Assembly (NCBI GenBank): GCA_002633005.1
Contig: NMRA01000639.1
Span: forward strand, 168,456 to 232,455
DNA: 64,000 nucleotides
From: Phoronis australis
Taxonomy: Eukaryota > Animalia > Phoronida
Reading direction: 5' to 3'
Below the pieces are notes generated by a model. That model was not told the DNA's origin and did not search any database. It was given only the letters and a program-made list of their open reading frames with translations. Both the position numbers and the translations under genes were made by a program. The stretch's first letter is position 1. Each line of letters opens with the position of its first letter. Below, piece after piece: positions 58,850 through 64,000 of this stretch.

Positions 58850-60856
58850 TTAAAAGTTAAAACTTTTATTCAGGCGACGGATCGCACTGGTTGCCTTTCT
58901 GACTTGCCTTGGCGGGTTGGTCGGTACATGATGCGGGCGGCATTCAAGTTGGTGACCACTCAGTGAAATTCCATGTAACCATGACAAAAAGGTTATGTGA
59001 TTAAACCACACACATAGAATGCACAGAGTTGCTGGCAAATGATGGTCAAAAAACAGACCGGGTACTTGCATGAAACGTCTCGGCCAACCAGGCTTCCGCC
59101 AGTGCCGACTAGTGCCTTTCTAATTCCGACAATTACCGGTAAATAATTCACTTTCGGAGTTCGTTACTTAACAAAAAGGTTCCATTTCCAAATCATAGAA
59201 GGATTTTTAATTTTTTGTTGCAAGTGGAATTTACTCAAGAACAACCTCTAATTGTTGGCAGAGGCTGGCGGGGCATGGGCCTACTCAGTTTTGGCTTTAT
59301 TGAAAATACAGCAATCCAAGACTGAATCTTTATGAAAGGTTTAGGTTTAGTGGAATTCCACTCCTACAAAAGGGTGTTGTTTCTATAACAAAGCCCAACC
59401 GAAAGAACTTTTTCAGTGAAAGCTACTAACAAATGAACTTTCGGGCTTTGTATCCGGGTTTCATCGCGTCAACTGAAGACAAAGCCGGTGGAAAAGACTT
59501 CCGCGTATTTAATCAAGTTGTACTGGTTTCACTCCTACGACTTGGCTATTAAAAGATTTTGTGATGACAGGCCGGGGACAAATTTTGTTTGACACAGTCC
59601 CTTCCCGAAAAAGAAAAATACGACACCTACACCTTTACACTCAACCCACGAAAGAAACTGTGTTGCAGACCCAAATGCGTTTACAAATTCGTTTTTTGTC
59701 TCATTAAGTAAAGATGTAACTCCTAAAGTTTGCACGCGCCAATTGGGGCACTCTAGCGGCCCAATATTACACCATGTGGTCATGTCCCGGCCTGATTGGC
59801 TCTCCGCCTGGAAAGAAAAGTCAACCCGGCTTTATCGATTCCCGACCNTTAAAAGTTAAAACTTTTATTCAGGCGACGGATCGCACTGGTTGCCTTTCTG
59901 ACTTGCCTTGGCGGGTTGGTCGGTATGACGCGGGCGGCATTCAGTTGGTGACACTCAGTGAAATTCCATGTAATCATGACAAAAAAGGTTATGTGATTAA
60001 ACCACACACATAGAATGCACAGAGTTGCTGGCAAATGATGGTCAAAAACTGACCGGGTACTTGCATGAAACGTCTCGGCCAACCAGGCTTCCGCCAGTGC
60101 CGACTCAGTAGTGCCTTTCTAATTCCGACAATTCCCGGTAAATAATTCACTTTCGGAGTTCGTTACTTAACAAAAAGGTTCCATTTCCAAATCATAGAAG
60201 GATTTTTAATTTTTTGTTGCAAGTGGAATTTACTCATTTTTAACCGAGAACAAGAACAACCTCTAATTGTTGGCAGAGGCTGGCGGGGCATTGGCCTACT
60301 CAGTTTTGGCTTTATTGAAAATACAGCAATCCAAGACTGAATCTTTATGAAAGGTTTAGGTTTAGTGGAATTCCACTCCTACAAAATGGTGTTGTTTCTA
60401 TAACAAACCCCAACCGAAAGAACTTTTTCAGTGAAAGCTACTAACAAATGAACTTTCGGGCTTTCTCTTGTGGTATCCGGGTTTGATCGCGTCAAGACAA
60501 AGCCGGTGGAAAAGACTTCCGCGTATTTAATCAAGTTGTGGTGATTTCACTCCTACGACTTGGCTAGGATTTTGTGATGACGGGCCGGGGACTAAAATTT
60601 TGTTTGACACAGTCCCTTCCGGAAAAAGAAAAATACGACACCTACACCTTTACACTCAAACCCACGAAAGAAACTGTGTTGCAGACCCAAATGCGTTTAC
60701 AAATTCGTTTTTTGTCTCATTAAGTAAAGATGTAACTCCTAAAGTTTGCACGCACCAATTGGGGCACTCTAGCGACCCAATATTACACCATGTGGTCATG
60801 TCCCGGCCTGATTGGCTCTCCGCCTGGAAAGAAAAGTCAACCCTTTATTCCCGACC
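58850..60856. repeat. ~1.0 kb tandem duplication (58850-59847 / 59849-~60856) joined by a single n; likely two haplotypes
   Basis: Near-identical copies with small indels; lone n at 59848. Confidence 0.9.
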
Positions 60857-62615
60857 GCCATTTTTAAAATTGTTCAACCGATTTACTTTTTAATCGATAA
60901 ATAAAGTTTGCTAAATATTGAGTAATGAAAAAATTACTTGCAAGAAATATGTTGAAGGAAAAACAGAAGTATTTTGTCTTAAATATGCAAATTACGTTAA
61001 TCAGGTGACCAAAACAAGTTGTGACCTTGGTCGCAAGAAAACGTGTCTGTCAACGGACGACTTTCAGTTATGTGGAAAAGTAAATTGCACTGATGTTAAC
61101 TTAGCATACGAGGATTTAGTGGGGGGCAGGGCCTCCCCCCTCCTTGGCTGCCGCAAAAAAAACAGCAAGAGCGTAGGGATATGTTGAGTTCATTAATTAA
61201 CCCCGGTAATTAACATTATACGGCTGAAACNCTCTTAGTATCAAATTACGAGTGAAGTCGTGGTGGTGCAGTGATAAAGCACGCGCGCTCTATCCGGCAG
61301 GTCGTGAGCCTGTGTTTATTGCAGTTTTTCGAGTTTGACACATTCTCCGCGTTTTTTTTTGTTTGTTTTTTTCTTGGATAATTCTTCAGGAATCAAGGAA
61401 AACGCTTGATTTTTAGAAGAAAAACAGAAAAATTTTCCCACTGCCGACCTCCCCCCATTCGGTGCTATGCGCTTCTACAATCGTGTTTTGCACAAATGTT
61501 TACAGGCAAAATGTTGGGCCCCCCTTGTGATATCCTAGATCCGCGGCCACTGACTTAGTTATAAAAGTGAAGGAATCCCGACCTTCAGAACAGGACAAAA
61601 TTTATCAATAGGTAAATTTGAATTTGTTTGTCTTTCTAGCTTTTAATATATTTTTACTCGACAGTTAGCGCTATATACCGACAAGAAATGTAGGTAGGCA
61701 AAGTACATAAGAACCTCACCACCCACGCCCCAAGTTAATATCTGACAAATGGTTTTTAGTCTGCTACGTACCACATTGTATCAGAACGTCTGGACTCAAG
61801 GCCAGCAAAGCACACGTGATCATTTATACATACCTCCATCCTACAGCCAATGCTTCAGCGCAACTATTATATACAAAAGAATTCACTTCATTCCTAGTAA
61901 TAAAGAGACTAAGTCAATTCCTTATTTGAAAAAGAACTGTAAACAACTCTTTCTCTGATACAATTTACCAATTCTTCTAGCAACATTCCTCTCTCAAAGA
62001 TATTGACCCGTGTTTGCTTTTTTAACAGACATGTTCAGGCACAAACGTCTCTCCAAATTGCTGTGGCCTAAAGCAATCTTCGAATGTGCCAATGTTGGTT
62101 CTCTAGCTCCATTAAATAAATGCCCAGATTAGCAAACAGTTCTTTGTCAAGATTAGATTTCAACTAAATGAATGTCCTAACTTATAATCTCAGCCAGCCT
62201 ATATCTCAATGATTTGTTGTTTAGGCACGTTTCCAGTTTACTGTACGATATTTTTGTGTAGTTATTTTATTGTAAACAAGTGTATTGCGATACAGATCTC
62301 CTAATTGTTAAATATTTTTGTATTTCTGCAAACTTGAGTTTACCGGAAGTGCTTTTTAATATTCTTGTACTATTCTTGTATTTTGCATGGTTGTTGATTT
62401 GTTGTATACCCAACGCATTTACAATGTTAAAAAGTATGTACTAGATATATTGAAATTCTACACAGAGGTAATGTCTCCTGATGATTTCTCGGCATCAGGT
62501 GTTTTATAAGTAACCACTCGCCAGGGGTCAGTCGAGGCTGCGTCACCAATTTGTAACTTACTTCAGCGAACTCTAGAGTTCTATAAAATGAGAACTGAAC
62601 AGTTAGGCTGCACCC

Positions 62616-62837
62616 CGTGCGCGCACCTAGCTTAAAAATGGGGGGGGGCTCGAATTTTTGAGAATGTGGACATTTTATTAAGATTCGTGGGGTACATTCA
62701 GAGCTATGCAATTGTGCATTTTCCGAACTTTGGTAGTACCTGCCTTTTTGGTTTTCTATTTTTTCGAAGTTTTGTTTCTCTGAGGCCAAATGGGGGGTCT
62801 CATTCGATCCCTTCGAGCCCCACTGGGTGCGCGCATG
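62616..62837 (+). mobile_element. GCGCACCC-ended MITE family, copy C
   Basis: CGTGCGCGCACCT ... GGGTGCGCGCATG, with internal similarity to copy A. Confidence 0.75.
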
Positions 62838-63872
62838 CAACCACAGGTATTTTGTTGCCTAGAATTTAAAGAAAAGGGTGTGTGTCAGGTTCGGCGGCTG
62901 TTTTGAGGAATGCGTAGAAAAACAATTTCAAGGAAACTGAGCTTCTGAATGAGAAAAGCCAAGTTTCTTTTTAGCCGTGACTAATTTGATGCAGTTTGTT
63001 TTCAACCCCTGTCCCCTGCTGTCTGAGAAACCGGGTGCGATTTCGGGTGGCGGTCAAACACATCAAAATTGCCAAGAAGGCGTACTATGACCACATTTTT
63101 AGACTCTAGAGAGAACGAGGATTCTGAATCTGTAGTCAGATTTTTAGCGCTCGCAGGAAAGCAGTAATTTTGGGGAGAATTGTCAAATTTGGGATTTTTT
63201 GGTTATATGTTTTTCTGTGCCGGGATTTATCGTGCGTAGTGCTTGAGAGTTGGAATGCTACAAAACCTTTTGTTCTTTCAGACTCTTGATAACGACGTGA
63301 GGTAAGGACTCGTCTCCACTTAGGTGTTCGTTGGCAACCAAAACCCAATTATTTCAAAGCCCCGATATCACTTCCAATTTCATTTAGAAAAATTTTGAAA
63401 CCAATTCCGTTGCTGCAAATATTCTAAATAAAATGTGTTTTTAAGGTAAAAGGCGGCGAGGGTTTATGACAGGTTCAAAATTAGTTATAATCAACTGTGC
63501 CGCACGTGGTGTATGATTTATACTAGTGTGTCCTTAGTGCATTTGCTTGGCAGTGTGGAACAGGGCTGCGTTCTGTTAGCTCAGTCAGGATCTTGGAAGT
63601 TTGGACAGATCACGCCGCAAGTTCGAGAGATCATTAAAGTGTAAATTGCAAGGTCTCAACCAATCTGAACAACAATATGCTCTAAATTCATGTTTATAAT
63701 TATTATTGCTATATTCTTAACATTAACTGAATTGTACGTCGCTATAAAAAGTTATTTACATATTTGTTGCCGTGGCGTTGTAACGCCATTGTTGTAACGG
63801 AAAATAGAAACGGCGCCATTTTCCTTCGTTACACATCTGTGACGTGGTGTTGGGGAACACAAAGAAAACAAT

Positions 63873-64000
63873 ATGGATCCCAGTGAGTACAGCAGCGTAG
63901 ATGAAGAATATTTTGAAAGATACAGGGAGGGTCAGGTGGAGTTTTCAGACGATTCTGACGTTTCGGATGTGGAGGAGGAGGCGACAGACCCCATAGGAAC
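63873..64000 (+). CDS. Probable first coding exon of an unidentified protein with an acidic N-terminus (runs off the window)
   Basis: MDPSEYSSVDEEYFERYREGQVEFSDDSDVSDVEEEATDPIG..., open to the window end. Upstream YY1-like CGCCATT motifs at ~63784 and ~63814. Could also be a transposon ORF. Confidence 0.45.
   Translation, partial: MDPSEYSSVDEEYFERYREGQVEFSDDSDVSDVEEEATDPIG

Noticed and set aside
58871-59121. 7SK, RNase P/MRP or telomerase RNA identity
   Set aside because: Lacks the paired GATC motifs and oligo-T terminator of 7SK, the CR-I/CR-V boxes of RNase P/MRP, and a CTAACCC template.
61255-63630. tRNA-like A/B-box fragments at ~61257 and ~63572
   Set aside because: Too degenerate for tRNA genes; probably SINE remnants.

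Overview
This is AT-rich, intron-containing animal (invertebrate bilaterian-like) genomic DNA from a draft assembly. It has one N-gap (16303-17050) and single-n contig joins at 11041, 13634, 59848 and 61231. Splicing by hand gives six genes plus the start of a possible seventh. They are: a SERTA-domain gene (+); an intronless JNK-derived pseudokinase (-); a 3-coding-exon CEBPZOS-like microprotein missed by the ORF track (-); a 12-exon ZnT6/SLC30A6 (+); a 5-coding-exon BAHD1 (-); and a 6-coding-exon MGC-start stathmin-domain gene (-). The most striking arrangement is CEBPZOS ending about 570 bp upstream of the pseudokinase. A GT donor 5 nt after the CEBPZOS stop and an AG acceptor 4 nt before the kinase ATG would splice them into a bicistronic mRNA with the ORFs in frame (TAG-TCA-AGA-AAA-ATG). 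Other notable items: two unrelated 38-bp minisatellites that each amplify a ZnT6 5' splice site, a His-rich tail on ZnT6, an LTR-like segment with clustered heat-shock elements, a minimal hammerhead ribozyme and two long palindromes in BAHD1 introns, and many MITE/SINE/Penelope remnants. Two 1-1.9 kb tandem duplications are probably haplotype assembly artefacts. All family assignments come from recalled motif similarity; no database searches were run.
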